Below, piece after piece: positions 13,657 through 26,957 of a stretch of DNA of 64,000 bases. The first letter of the stretch is position 1. Each line of letters opens with the position of its first letter. The stretch spans positions 62,001-126,000 of the forward strand of contig CT868429.1 in assembly GCA_000165425.1 (NCBI GenBank). The letters run 5' to 3'. This DNA is from Paramecium tetraurelia (taxonomy: Eukaryota). The position numbers were made by a program, and so were the translations under genes. The notes beneath the pieces were generated by a model. It was not told the DNA's origin. It was given only the letters and a program-made list of their open reading frames with translations, and made no database searches.

Positions 13657-16600
13657 ATGATACTTGAATATGCTGTAATATATTCTGACTTAAACCATAG
13701 CTAAAAGAAGAAGATGAATATAAAAGAATGACGAATATCACTCGAGGATGTCAATAATTGGCACAATAACTGCCATTTTATGAAACCTTTACTAACTCTA
13801 ATTTAATAAGATAATGTACTAATAATATTACTATTGAGTGTTTTGTTGTTACCCCTTTTAAGAAGAACCTATAAGACTTTTGCTCAACATTATGATGGAG
13901 AGATTTTAAAATCTAGAGTTCTTGAATTGTTTACACAAGGGTCTGAGCGAACTATCCCTATTGCAAGAATAAAAGACTATGCTAAGTTGTAGATCAGCTG
14001 GGAGAGGAAGAAAAAGTCAATAAAAGTACTGAAATATAATATTAGGATTATAAGCTGGATAGGCATACGCTAAAAATGTAATTGAAAGTTTGGTAATTTC
14101 AAAACAATTCGGAGTGACCTATTTGAAACCAATGTTTCATTTAGCTTCAAAATTGAAACAATCCTTAGAGAGTAGATGTGGTATCTTTACATCTTTCCTC
14201 TTCAACACTCGAGATCAATAAGTCATAAAATTGTTGGTTGATATCTTTCAAGATTGTAAAAATGAAATCTTTGGTGCTTGTACTTGGGTCAATAGAATTG
14301 AGGATCAATTTGAACAATGTACACTATCTTATTTACAATAAAGATTTCTATTAAAATTAAATACTTAAATCTTCCAGTTCAATTCAAGTCGACCAAGATG
14401 AACTGCTTGATAATAGTGAAGCTACAGAGTCTTCTATAGAAATTGATCCAAATGAAGAAATACAAAAATGGATTTGTCGAGATGGCATACCACTTGCAAA
14501 TGAATAATTGGACTACTTTAGGAGCCCTGAATGTTTAGAGCTAATCTTCCAATATATTTTCGATCCTAGTCATCTATCCACTATCCATGAATGGGTAATT
14601 GTACTTTAATAACCATAGTCTCATCACTACAGCGATGTAAAGGTTAAGCATAATTATAAATCAAGAAAGCCTAATCAAACTTAAGATATAGATTAATTGT
14701 GTCTTATTCGCTCTCTTAAAACTTTATAATTGCTGATGCACGATAATAACTATACTGTTATTAGTAAAATAGTACCATAATTCATAATGAAATTATGTAA
14801 CATTTTTGATCTCATTTAGTTCATGGAATTTATGATGCTTTGAATGACAAAGATAAGAATGTAGATCTTAATTAAATTTCTCTACTATTGGATTTTCTAT
14901 TGTTGACAAATCGCAGATAATCCATACTCTTGATTATTGAATTAAATCTTATGTTCTAATTCGTATCCTTAATGTACAATGAAAATATTGAGACAATTGT
15001 GTAAAGTATAAATAAAACCATATTGCTTAGAAATCATAATGGATGAATATGAGATGGGAAATTATGTGTTCGAATAATTTTGGTAATATTTGGAATGCAC
15101 TAATTGGATACAATATTTCCTATTTTTATCTTTGAAAATTAAGGTCGACACTTTCAAAGCCAATAAAAACAATTAAAATGATAAGACAGTAAATATTACA
15201 GGTCTATTAAAATCATAAATAAACTTTGATCGTTTTAACAACAATACTGAAATAGACCTTAATGAAAAGAAGATGCTCACCGATTTCTTAGGTTAAATGT
15301 AACCAGGTAAGAACTACGTATAGTAATATGGGATGAATTAATTAAATTGGCAATTAAATTAAAACATACGTGAATATATATTTGCTAGTGAAATTGAGGG
15401 GAAGGATATAGATAATCTAAGATTATTCACAAGTGAAAGATAATAATATTAATCAACAGTTCAAATTTCAGCTAAAGATAAGCATTTTATTAAATAAATA
15501 ATTAAAAATGACACATTGCTCATTAGACCCAATAGTAGAAGAAACATTAAGCAAGCTCTGTAGTAAAAGAATTTAACAAACCTCCAAATTGTATAAACTA
15601 TTAATCAATTACCAAGATTAACAGTTGGAAATCAAGAACTATAAAAATGGATTCAACCTCAAAAGGCTACTAGTATTATTTGTATCAATCAAAATTCAAG
15701 AAAAAGTCCAAGACTCTGTCCAGTTCGAACTGAATAAAGTGTTGATGTCTCCTCATTTTATGAAGGTTTCTCAAGTGGAAGATTAAGAGGACTGTATCCA
15801 AGTCCTAAAATATCTATCTAATCTAGCAGTTTCGAACGAAAAGCAATTAAATATGCATCTGATATCTCGTTGTTGCCATCCTGTATTTCGATCTAGAAAT
15901 TACTGATTCAAAGTGTATTTCAAAATATGACTAATTTGACTCAAACGGATAAAAAGTAACAATAGCGAATAAAAATAGAGTAAGATTATATTTTACCATA
16001 ATTTTTCAATAAGGAAATCTTGACTTAAATATTTAGAGTCTATTTATATGACATTAACAATATTGATAAGTCTATTGCAGATATTTCATGTGAATGCGGA
16101 TTATTAGTAAATGAAATCTATTTAAATTGTATCTAACATTCTGAACTTCACTCTTTTAAAAGAATTTTGAAAGATTCTTTCTATGAAATTGGTGATTATA
16201 TTTGTAAAGTGATCGTAAAATTACATGATGATTCCTCCTCGAAATTTAAAAGATAATTATTAATTACTACTCTATAAGAAGGTCTAATGTTATTTGGTGA
16301 GTAATAGGACACTCCTAAAAATGTGTTTAGTTTTATGAATGAAACGATGCTGCATTTACTTATAGTTTGGTTTTTTGATAGTGATTAATCCAATTTGTAC
16401 TAGTAGGCATTTGTAAAGTATTATTCAAGAAGTTATTTTAGATTATTTTCGGTAATCTTTTCGAGAGGTCCTTCGTATTTACTTGGTAATATACTATTCA
16501 AACTTGGATTAATTAGCTCATTAAAAAATGCCTATTTCAATTTCTTTGTAAATAGCATTAAATTTACAAATGGAGTTGAAAGCTTGTTTTACTATGTGAG

Positions 16601-16995
16601 CGTTCTGATCTATGCAATATAGAAATCATTAAACATAAGAAAAATATCGTCAATTTTAAGTAATTTAGAACCTTTGAATTCTTGGAAATCTTTAAAAGAT
16701 ATAAAAATTGATAACAATTCTCAATTTGTTTAACAGATCGATTTAATAATTCTGGAAAATGATGGAAGAACTCCAAGATAAATAATTAAAAAGAAAACAA
16801 TCGTAATCCCAAATAAAAATATGTTGCAAAGTAGAAAATCTTAAATAACCATGCTTAGTAGTCATAAGTAATAATTTGTTAATAATTATAAGATTTTCGA
16901 TTTAATAAACTGCAAATGATTTAGTAAATTTAATGAAAACTAAGGATAAATTGATTCTTAATTAGAAAAGAAGTATACATTTTTGAATAAATTGA
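13657..16995 (+). CDS. Divergent SAPS-like protein; tandem paralog 2
   Basis: MILEYA|intron|LKEEDEY, with the same first-intron position as paralog 1. Shared motifs CCYPF, WIC, GFSSxRL, ECG. The 3' end is uncertain (about 16920-17100) depending on last-intron use. Confidence 0.55.
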
Positions 16996-17596
16996 TATAA
17001 TTTAATTATATATACTGTTTTAAAAATATAAATAAAATTGTTTCTTCTTAAACTATTTTATGTAGGTTTCTATAAATTTATTTATTAAAAATATATAGAT
17101 GAGAAAGATTTACTAGTTACATCAAAATCATTCAATCTTATTTCTCTTACACATGAGGAAATCAATTAAATTAATTCCAATTTATAATTGATAACCATCT
17201 GAACGTTTATTCTATTATAAAAACATAGCCTTACAATACAGAGTTATATTAAAATCTTTTGTCTATTGCAATAAACCAAAATATTTAATTTTTTATACTT
17301 ATTTCTAATCGGATGTAAAAAGGGAGAGATAAGTTGAAATGGTTAGGAAATTTCTTACTTTTCTTATCAGGATATTTTGAATTCAAATTGAGTTGCATAA
17401 TGCAATATATAATTTCTAATTGAATTCTGTATTTCTTAGTTATTACAACCTTCAATTTGTAATTAAAAGGGATTGAATTCATTCGACAAGGTGTTATTTA
17501 CAGTTTATTATTACATATAAATATTCTCCTTGAAATTCATCATTTAGGAATTTGGAATATAACTGCTATTGAACTTTTGATATAATTATAAAAATT

Positions 17597-19045
17597 TCAT
17601 TTCAATTCAAACTTTTTTGGTTAAGTAATTTGTAATGAGGATCTTATAACTGGAGAATGATAGGACAGACTTCCATCTATAGAATGTAGAGATCCATCAT
17701 TTTTTGGGAACAAACTTAATTATTAAAGGATAGAGCCTTGTCCGTTTTTAACTTTAAAAGTTGAAGGCTCAATTTTTTTCTTTGACTAGATTGTTTGTGT
17801 ATCCAGGGAGGCTCTACATAGTGGACAAATCTACGAGTTTATACACAAAATACTTTATTATTTTTCATCCATCTTTCAAGACATCTGGAGTGAAAAACAT
17901 GTTCACAGTATGTCATTCTAACGAGGCTACTAGATGTAAATGACTCTAGACATATTGAACAAGTGGTTTCAGATTTAGATTCAGGAAATCTATCGGATAC
18001 TGACATGAACTATTGGGCAGGCATTAGATTTTCAAATCTTTACTTATTTTTTATAATTTATTTTTCTTTGTATATTTTAAGCAGGTATGTCAGTGTTATG
18101 AAGATTACTATTAAGCCAAGTATGAATGCCATAACAGAAGCGACCAAAATGATTGAATAGTATTGTTCTTCCAATTCTGCCAATTTGATTACTGTGGTAG
18201 TGTTAGTTATAATTACAAATTAGGAATAATATTTAAGTTGTGTGAAAACTCTGAGAGTTTCAGTTGCTTCTTTGCATTTTGTGATTGATTCTTCGGAGAT
18301 ATAGATGACACTGCTTTGATTCAGAGTGGATAGCAGATGAGGGGAATCGGCATAGCAGGTAATGGTATATTGCAATTCTTAATTAAGAATTAATTTAAAA
18401 TCGTTAGTCTACAATGTAATGAGATCTAAATAAAATATTTGCAATCCATGAAAATAACTGTTCTGGTGTATATTTGATGATACGATATTACAATCGAATC
18501 CTAAATAACCTAAGGGACATTAACATAAGCCTTTCATGCAGATTCCTTAATTTTTGCAGTTGCTTATATAGTTAATAAAATTACACGACACACTCATCAA
18601 TTCCAATTCTTTCAATTGTTAAAATTAAAATCGAATTAAAATTCGAATATATTATGGCAAAACATGAATTGTCTTCTATTGAAAATATATTATGGTATTC
18701 AGAAACTAAAGTTGGCATTTTCTATTGAGTAAGGACAATCTACTGTGTTTAGTTTTCTAATATGTAGGCATTGTAGTCTACAAGGCAATTGGAGTCATGA
18801 CCATTATCTTGCTAAAAAAGAGTTTAAAATTTTTCAATATCATTTAAGTTCATCTAGCAAATTGCCAATAAAGAATGTTTGTTTGATTATTGAGTTAACA
18901 TAACTCTTAATTTATATTCTTGGGAAAGGCTTGAACAATATTAATTTAATGGAAAACTCTAAATTCCTAGTATTGAATTGAAGGAATTTTAATACAGGAT
19001 ATCCCCAACACATGTCTGTATCAAAGTATAAATAATTGAAATCAT
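17597..19045 (-). CDS. Signal peptide-EGF-like-TM-RING-H2 E3 ubiquitin ligase (array gene 3)
   Basis: MISIIYTLIQTCVG signal; CKNQGICMKGLCQCPLGYLGFDC EGF-like; TM; CSICLESF..CEHVFHSRC..W..CPLCR. Alternative in-frame ATG at 19072. Confidence 0.85.
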
Positions 19046-19077
19046 AAAAATAATTAATTAAATTGAAAGCATATTAA

Positions 19078-20565
19078 TCAAATTTAAGACGATTGTGCTA
19101 CTTGCTGAGCAATATTAAATGAACCACATATTCTATTGTATCCAAGTAGTCTGATTATTTTGTGCGATTATTCACTGATTCTTTATTTGTCACTAGTGTT
19201 CAACTACTGATTTCCATTATCTAACTGAGTTTCAAAATATTTAGTCAGTGTTTCTACATTTAAAGAAGATCGACAAGTCGGGCAATTCTTAAATGATATC
19301 ATTTTGTTACTTCATTTTGATTAATCCAGATATCAATACATTCTGCATGAAAAAAGTGAAAGCAATAAGTAATTCTGACTTTGTCCTCTTTTTTGTAAAC
19401 ATCTAAGCAAATTTAACACGATTAATCATCTGCGAGGCCTGGAAACTGTTTGATGACCTCCTCGTATATTTAAATAGGAATATATTTGTGAATTGAATTT
19501 AACGATGGCATTTATTTAGAGATTGGGATTTAAGTAGTGTTCAGATTGTTCATTCTTCCATTCGATTTCTTAAAATGAAAGCAACAATACATGACTACAA
19601 CTAGTAAAAATATTCCTATTGATGTGACTATATAGAGGATTGTGTTTTGATTGGATTCAACTAATTGGGACTCCAAATAAATAGTATCTTATTCAGCTAC
19701 GAATACATAGAGTGGTTATAAGTTTATTGAAAACTCTTTATTCACTTTTTTAGTTTCATCTAAACACTCCATCTGTTGCTATTAAGTGAGTTCTAGAAAA
19801 CTATCTAAAATAAACTCTCCTCGATAAACATAAGGATTAAAAGCTAAACATCCAATTCTAAAATTTGACTTTTCTGTAAAATTTAGAGACACTTCCTATA
19901 ATCTATGACAATCACCATACCTCTAACTTTGTGGCGTTTATGTAATATATTACATCTTTTTCAAAATTATCATTTTCCTACAATTATATTATATTGATGC
20001 TACAGTCATCTCCAAAGAAACCCCTTTAACAAACACATTGACCTCTAATGCAAATGCTTCCTTATTAGCATTCCCTAAATAAAGATTAACATTTTATACA
20101 AATAGCAGGATTACTTTTAATGGATGGCAAAAACAATGAAAAAGTCAATTTTTGAGTTTGAGTAAACTGTGATAGAGGGAACACTTCCTTTCTCTAAATA
20201 CATAATATTCATAAAGGTTTTGTAATCATCTTGAAAATCTAAGATAATTTATTGTTTGAGTCTCCTGATATCATATGAATTTAAGTCAGCAATACAATTT
20301 TGTCTAGGTGTAAGATACAAGAATACTATTAAATTGCATGAAGATCAGGTTAATCCTTAAAATTATTGCTTGCTCTACAAATCAACAATAATGGAATTGT
20401 TAATTTTTGGTAATTAGTTATTGATATGACAACTCTTTCATCGTTTGATATCTATCTCCTCAATAAGGAGGTTGTCTCTATTGTGATCTAACCTTAAACG
20501 GATTTATATCCTTTGCTAAAAATAATATCAGCATGACAAGCTGTTATTAATAAATATAGAAACAT
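19078..20565 (-). CDS. Signal peptide-ectodomain-TM-RING-H2 E3 ligase (array gene 2)
   Basis: MFLYLLITACHA signal; TM ILYIVTSIGIFLLVVVMYCC; CQICLDVY..CFHFFHAEC..W..CPTCR. Alternative in-frame ATG at 20577. Confidence 0.85.
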
Positions 20566-20582
20566 TAATTAAATCATTATTC

Positions 20583-22310
20583 TCATTTTTATTTTTATAA
20601 GCAAAACTACTAAGTAATTTAATCTCCTTTTAAAAATGGCGATGGTGTATTTTCCTTCATTAATATTCCATTAGCAGAATCAGGAGACGATGTTTCTTAA
20701 TTATTGAAGATTAATGAATACATTGAATTTTTTTCAATCTTTATTCTCGTTTTTGTAATTCAGCCAGTTTTTGTTCATCTATTTGCATTGCATCATCTTA
20801 GATCACTCCCAATTGATAAATCTATTCTTCTACTCTCTATTAAAGGGCTTTCTTTTTGGTTAGATTTTCTCTGCAAAATGGACAAGTCTATGAATATCTA
20901 AGATTTCGATACTTGATTTCTCCTTCTCCATTCATCTATACATGTGGAATGAAATAAGTGTAGGCAGAATGTTAATTTGACTAAATCCTATTTTTAGAAT
21001 TCCACTAGACATATCTAGCATTCAGAAATTTCAATCAAACCTGGGTATTCTTGAATGATTTGTTCATATAATTCCACTGGAATATTATCTTATCGTAGAC
21101 TTTTATTTTTAATTCCATTAAGTGATCTCATATTTATGGAATTTTAAACTCCATTGTTAATTCTTCTAGCTTTTCTTTGAAAGTAAATAACACATATTAT
21201 GATTAACAATGCCACAATCAGAGCTCCTAAGGCACCAGCTAAAATATAATATATTTCTAATCCAGAATCATCATCATTACTGCTATCTACGTAGAGCTTC
21301 AGTTCTACTTAGGTATCTTTATTTTGATTATTCACTAGTAATAATACTATATAATTATCCATTTCGACTCCTAAATTTTATCTGATTTACTTTAAGGTGT
21401 CTTAACAATCCTGGATGTCATTTTCTTTGAAGTTTATAATTCCTGTTGAAATTTCAATTTGTTAAAATGAGTTGCTCTGATAAAACGGGATGAAGTTTTT
21501 ATCAAATTAGCATCCAATATATGCCATTATTGCTATAGTTGAGTTTACTTCAATTGATAATTAAGTAAATGATGTTCTTAAAGGAAATAGTAGAATGATT
21601 TAAGATGGCTGTTGTTTCAATGGAAACTATAATCATAATGAATTCTACCTAAGCTGCTTTAGGAGGAGTGATAACGGTGCTAAACAATTGACAAGTGCTA
21701 TCCGAATAGCCTTCGTTGCATCTACAAAATTATACTTCATTGCTCATGCACAATCCATTATTGTTGCATTAACTAATGTAATTTGACATATATTACTTAT
21801 AGCATTCTCCCTTCTAGGAACCCTTAATAGTTATTTAGTATTGGGCATCTTCTGAAGAGTATATATAGATTGAAAACTGTTTGTTGCTCAGCTTGAAGAC
21901 GCTAAATTTATTATACGCCTATTCGTTTCCATCATCTACAAGGTCTGATAATACAATCTACTGTACCCGTTATTAATATAAAAGAGCATTGTTATCAAAT
22001 ATGCACAACTTTCTAAATATGTCAATTCTCATTATTACTTGTTAGATTCTATTTGATTCTTTATTGCTTCTGGAGAGCTGACAATAGATTTTATTGTTTA
22101 TAAGTTTGTTGTATAGCAAAAAGCCAAAAAAGGTGAACCTGTTGAAAATTAATTCTTGTCAAGAATTATGTTGATAGTTGTTGATCCTTAATTCAAATCA
22201 CTATATTTCTCCAAATCAATATCGATTACATTTAAGCCCCTCGTTCTATAAGGTTTGTTCGAATAAAGAGCATTTGTTTAAGATATCAATAATAGTAGTA
22301 CAAATATCAT
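20583..22310 (-). CDS. Signal peptide-EGF-like-TM-RING-H2 E3 ligase (array gene 1)
   Basis: MIFVLLLLISQTNA signal; CNNNGLC..CRCNEGYSDSTC; TM YIILAGALGALIVALLIIICVIYF; CQICLVEF..CLHLFHSTC..W..CPFCR. Confidence 0.87.
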
Positions 22311-22355
22311 AAATGAATATTATAAAGATTTTATAAATATCGCATGTTTTAATAA

Positions 22356-24951
22356 TCAAGGCATAATACCATTGGTCATTCTTTGGAAATTATCATACTA
22401 AATGGTTCTCCAATTATTATCACTGTAATCAATTAATTTTTCAGCATATCTTTACAATTCTTCATCACTTGCTTCCTCTTTGAATCGATCTCTAAATTCT
22501 TTGATGTCAAATCTCTCAAAACAAGGCAAATCACTATCCTACATCATAATCTCAATAATCATTATTATCTCGTCGACATAGCCTTGAAGTGCTTTGAACC
22601 CTCTGTACATTAGATTCTTATAGTATAAAAACAGATCAGAATTTCTTCCATTCATTAAGTCAATGTATTCTTGAGTCAATTTAAAGGGAGCCTTCTCAAA
22701 GTTCAGATTCCCAGGAGAAGTACACAGAATAAATCCAAAATCAATATGAACTATTCTACCTTTGCTGTCAATCAAAATATTGCCATTGTGTCTATCCTTT
22801 ATTTATAATAAATAACTGATAATTGAATAAGAAGCAAGACTCTAAATGAACCTCATTTGTGCTTCTTCAAAATCTTATTGAAATATTTCTTTATAAATAT
22901 GAACTAGAGATTTGCAGGCTGGGTACTTCTTTTTCAGACCATCAATTGAAATAGTGTCTGCGCAAAATTCCAGAATACCTGAACTTGCACTTACAACTAT
23001 GATTTCATATGCCTTCACATACATGTCCAAACCATGACTCTAAAATGCCTAATACATCTTATAAATAATCTGCATGGTCATAAGTTCTTATCTTAGATCA
23101 TCTCCTCCTTTAACGATAATGGGTTTCAATCGATATGTTTCAAAATGTTAATATGGACTCTCTCTCTTTATCATCTCAGCCCTATCTTCCCATAACTCAT
23201 CCCATGGTCCAAATTTACTATGCAATTCTATTCCATCCTGATGGATATCTACTTTATTTTTTTCTAATTTCTTCTCAATCAAATCATATTGAAGATACAC
23301 GTATATCTTTTTTAATACTTCTTCTTATTTGGGACAAACTAAATTATTAAAATCTAAATACATTATAGCAACTCCTTAAAGAATCTAACTCTTCCAAGGG
23401 CAGTTAATTATTTTATCGATTTATGTTTGTGTCTAAACCCATTTTTGAAATTCTCCTTGTAAAGCCTTAACCAATAGTTTTTATCCTTCCTTTAGCCCTG
23501 TTATCTATATTTACTATTCAGTTTAGGAATGCATGACTAAGTTCTCTCATTAGTTTTTTCTGGAAATAAAATATTGAACCTATTTAATAATATTAAACAA
23601 ATACCGCTGCCTGTTTTTTTAAAATTTCTCCTCCTCAATAACATTGGTAAATTATTTTTAAAATTAAAGATTTTTCATTATTTGTTCCTAGAGTATTAAT
23701 TCTTGATCTTATTCATTCTCTGTAGCCTTCTCTTTCTTTGTTAGATAAACAGCACTCATTATATTTTTAAACATCTTCATTCCTTTTTTAGGTTCTTTTT
23801 TTTATGTTATTTTCATCAGATCGCTGTATTCTTTTTTATTTCTATTTTTAGCCAATTCTTCCATTTTTTTTTCTATTTCCTATTTATTCGGTTGATTTAA
23901 ATCGGCTTACAAGAAGTCTTCCATTGTATCATCATCTAAATTAGCAATTGATCGATTATTAGTGATTGAATTATTTGCAGTCTTTTTTGGTTGTTTGTAT
24001 TTCAATTCATGAGGACTATAAGTAGCAATTATAAATACTCTATGGTTTCGACTACAATTCTGTAGGGTACCCTTTTTTTAGTATTGAAACATGAACATTC
24101 TCCTTCGATAATTCTAACTACTAAATTTGAATGTACAGCTACGTCTTAATCTTTGCTCATAGTAAAAGGTACAGTGATTCCTTAGCAAAAGTAATACTCT
24201 TAATGTTTTAATCGATATTTCTCTAAAGCCACATTAGCTCTAGTAATAAAGTTCTTTAATTTAGGTTTTCTGTCCTCAGGCTTATAGGTTTTAAGTATCA
24301 AGGACATTTAAATTAGATTATTTAAATAGAGATCTACAACACTCTGATAAGATTTTAGTTATAAATTCGGAATTTTGACTGCACTATGATCATTGTGTAG
24401 TGTTAGCATCGATTACTCAAATTACTAGTATGGTAATTGTAAATTTTACATCGTCTATTCTTTATAATCTCTTCATTTTGTTCTTATCTGTTCTATCCCT
24501 GTCAGAATATGAGACCCAACACCATTTAATTAATTAATACAATGCAATGCTTTTGTTACACAATGATGTTATGAACTTCTCTAAATAAGGAGAATCATTC
24601 TTTATAAGTATATACCTAAATGATTTACAAATGAGTTATATACACTAATTAAGGAATAAAGAACTCCAATTCTTCTTATTAAACCTAGTATAATTTATTT
24701 GTTAAGAATTAATGAGGCCCACTCTCTTTTAGCTTATAGAAGTAATAATAAATAAGTTTATTGACTTCTATGTCTTGAGTATTGAACATCTAATAAATTG
24801 AACTAATGATATAATCCTCTCTAGGTTGACTGACAGGTAGAAGGATTATTTGGTATTTCTTCCTTTCTTCTGAATCGTTTTGTTTCCAAACAGGTAAATA
24901 ATTAACACTCTAAGTATTCGAACTTTGTCGAAAACGAGAAGGGTTATTCAT
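22356..24951 (-). CDS. Phosphatidylinositol 4-kinase, type III beta/Pik1-like
   Basis: KGGDDLRQE, IKDRHNGNILID, HIDFGF, FEKAPFKLT, and C-terminal YDNFQRMTNGIMP-TGA. Confidence 0.93.
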
Positions 24952-24983
24952 AAAATTAATATTTAATATGTGTTATTATAAAT

Positions 24984-25590
24984 TCATGCACCAATAGATA
25001 ATTTTGATCTTGCCACTTATTTTCTTGATTAACGTGCCACCTATTGATTGTTAGTCTCTTTTTTAACATTTTCATCTTTTTCTGCAGCCCACAATTCAAT
25101 ATGAGCATTGGATGATAAAAATGCTGCAATATTTTAATTTTTTACGATTAATTCTTCCGTGTGCTCTGTAGGTTCTACGTCTGCCCTTTTAAGCTCTATT
25201 CACTTAGACATGATTGATGATCAATTTCTCGTTGCTTAAATTCTTAACTTAAGCATTTGCTGCCAAATTTTACAATAATGATAAAACAATTCTAACACTC
25301 TTTTCTGGCCATCTACCTAAAACAATGTTTAGCTTGCTCAATTTACCTTATGATCTGCCGAACTCTTTTGCCTATGCAGTTCTACCCACTCCACCATTGA
25401 AACGAGTGAATGGAACACATCTCTTGTGTTATAATACATCTTATAAGTATTTTAATGCTTATGCAAGTGTTTATCCTTTAAGTGCTCTAGCTACTTCATA
25501 AGTGTTTTTGAAATGTGTTCTTAAATCACTGGCTCTAGCCTTACATGATTTCTTGGCAACTGCTGGCTCTCTGGCGTATTACTTACCCAT
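24984..25590 (-). CDS. RPL17: 60S ribosomal protein L17 (uL22)
   Basis: [47 protein letters not shown]. Introns at 25317-25346 and about 25124-25145. Confidence 0.97.
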
Positions 25591-25649
25591 AAATATTGAA
25601 ATCTTTTATTTATTTTATTTAAAAAATGTGAAATATATATAATATAAAT

Positions 25650-26459
25650 TCACTTTCCAAAACCATTTCCCAAATCAAATTTATTAGCATATTTTTGAAA
25701 CAAATTCTTATCGTAATCCTATAATTTCTTTTTCATGTCCTACTTCATATTCATATATTTGCTGTCTCCCATATATGTTCTTCTCATAACATCTTAATTT
25801 TAGAATTCCTTAAAGAATTCATTGCTCGTTACCAAAAACTATCATACAAAACTTCACTACTTTTTTTTTTTTATCCACTTATGCATTCCCATTCTCTTGA
25901 ACTTTATTTCTAAAATATTCATCTAATGTCATCCCATTATAACTATTTGGATTAAAATTTTAAGCAGTTCTGCTTTATATCGCAGTACGATTTCTTTAAG
26001 AGTTCTAACTTATCATTCTCCTTTTATCCAATCGAGAACATTTCGATGTCTCGGGTCTTTATTCTATACGCTCCTCACTCATTAATTATTGAAAATATTA
26101 ATATTATTACTCATCTGTTAATAAATATTTTTTTCATAACCTTTTTACTATCATTGCATTTCATCTATTGCAGCATCTCTCTCCCAACTCCTAGTTTTTG
26201 CTTCCCCTAATTTATATGACTACCTGATTAACCATTCCTTGGTACCAATTGAATTAATAACAGACTCATCGTTGTCTCAAGATCTGTAAAACCTTGATAA
26301 TCCCAACCATCCATACCATTCTTAATAGTTACGAGAGTTTCCAGCTCAACTTTAAGATTCGCCTAGAATGCTACAAAAATTAATATCAACAATTAATCAT
26401 CAGCCAAACTTCACAGAAGTTTGATTTAATCTGCTCTATACATTCTTGCTGGTTAACAT
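25650..26459 (-). pseudogene. Degenerate gene of unknown family
   Basis: Coding-like composition and an intact-looking 3' exon (..DVMRRTYMGDSKY..FDLGNGFGK-TGA), but every frame of the 5' part contains TGA stops. Confidence 0.5.
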
Positions 26460-26957
26460 CTAAACAATCTCCAAAAATAGCTAATCTTTATTTATTAAAT
26501 AATCTTATATAAAAACCCTAAATTATTTAGTTATCCATAATATGAACTAAATATCATAATTTCCGTAACGTATAGCATATATCTTCTCCAGCTTTGTTTA
26601 ATATTTGATGGATTTTAGAATAAAGCATTAATAAAGCACATTTAAATGTAAATGTGTTTTCCGCAACAAGCATACTCTCTTTTAATCTAAATTTACAAAG
26701 TTTCAGTCTATAATAAAATATTAAATTTTTCTTGTCATATAATTTGACTCTTAAATCTATCTTTAAATATAACAGAGTATATCAACTCAATATTCAACTT
26801 TAGATTGAGTAAATTATTTTATTTATACTAACTATTATGATGTTATGTGTGAATCACTAATTCCTTAATATGTAATCTAAACTCCTTTAAAATATAATAA
26901 ATAATTAATAAATATATTACAATTTTAATGTTTACAATGTATAATTATATAATGTTT

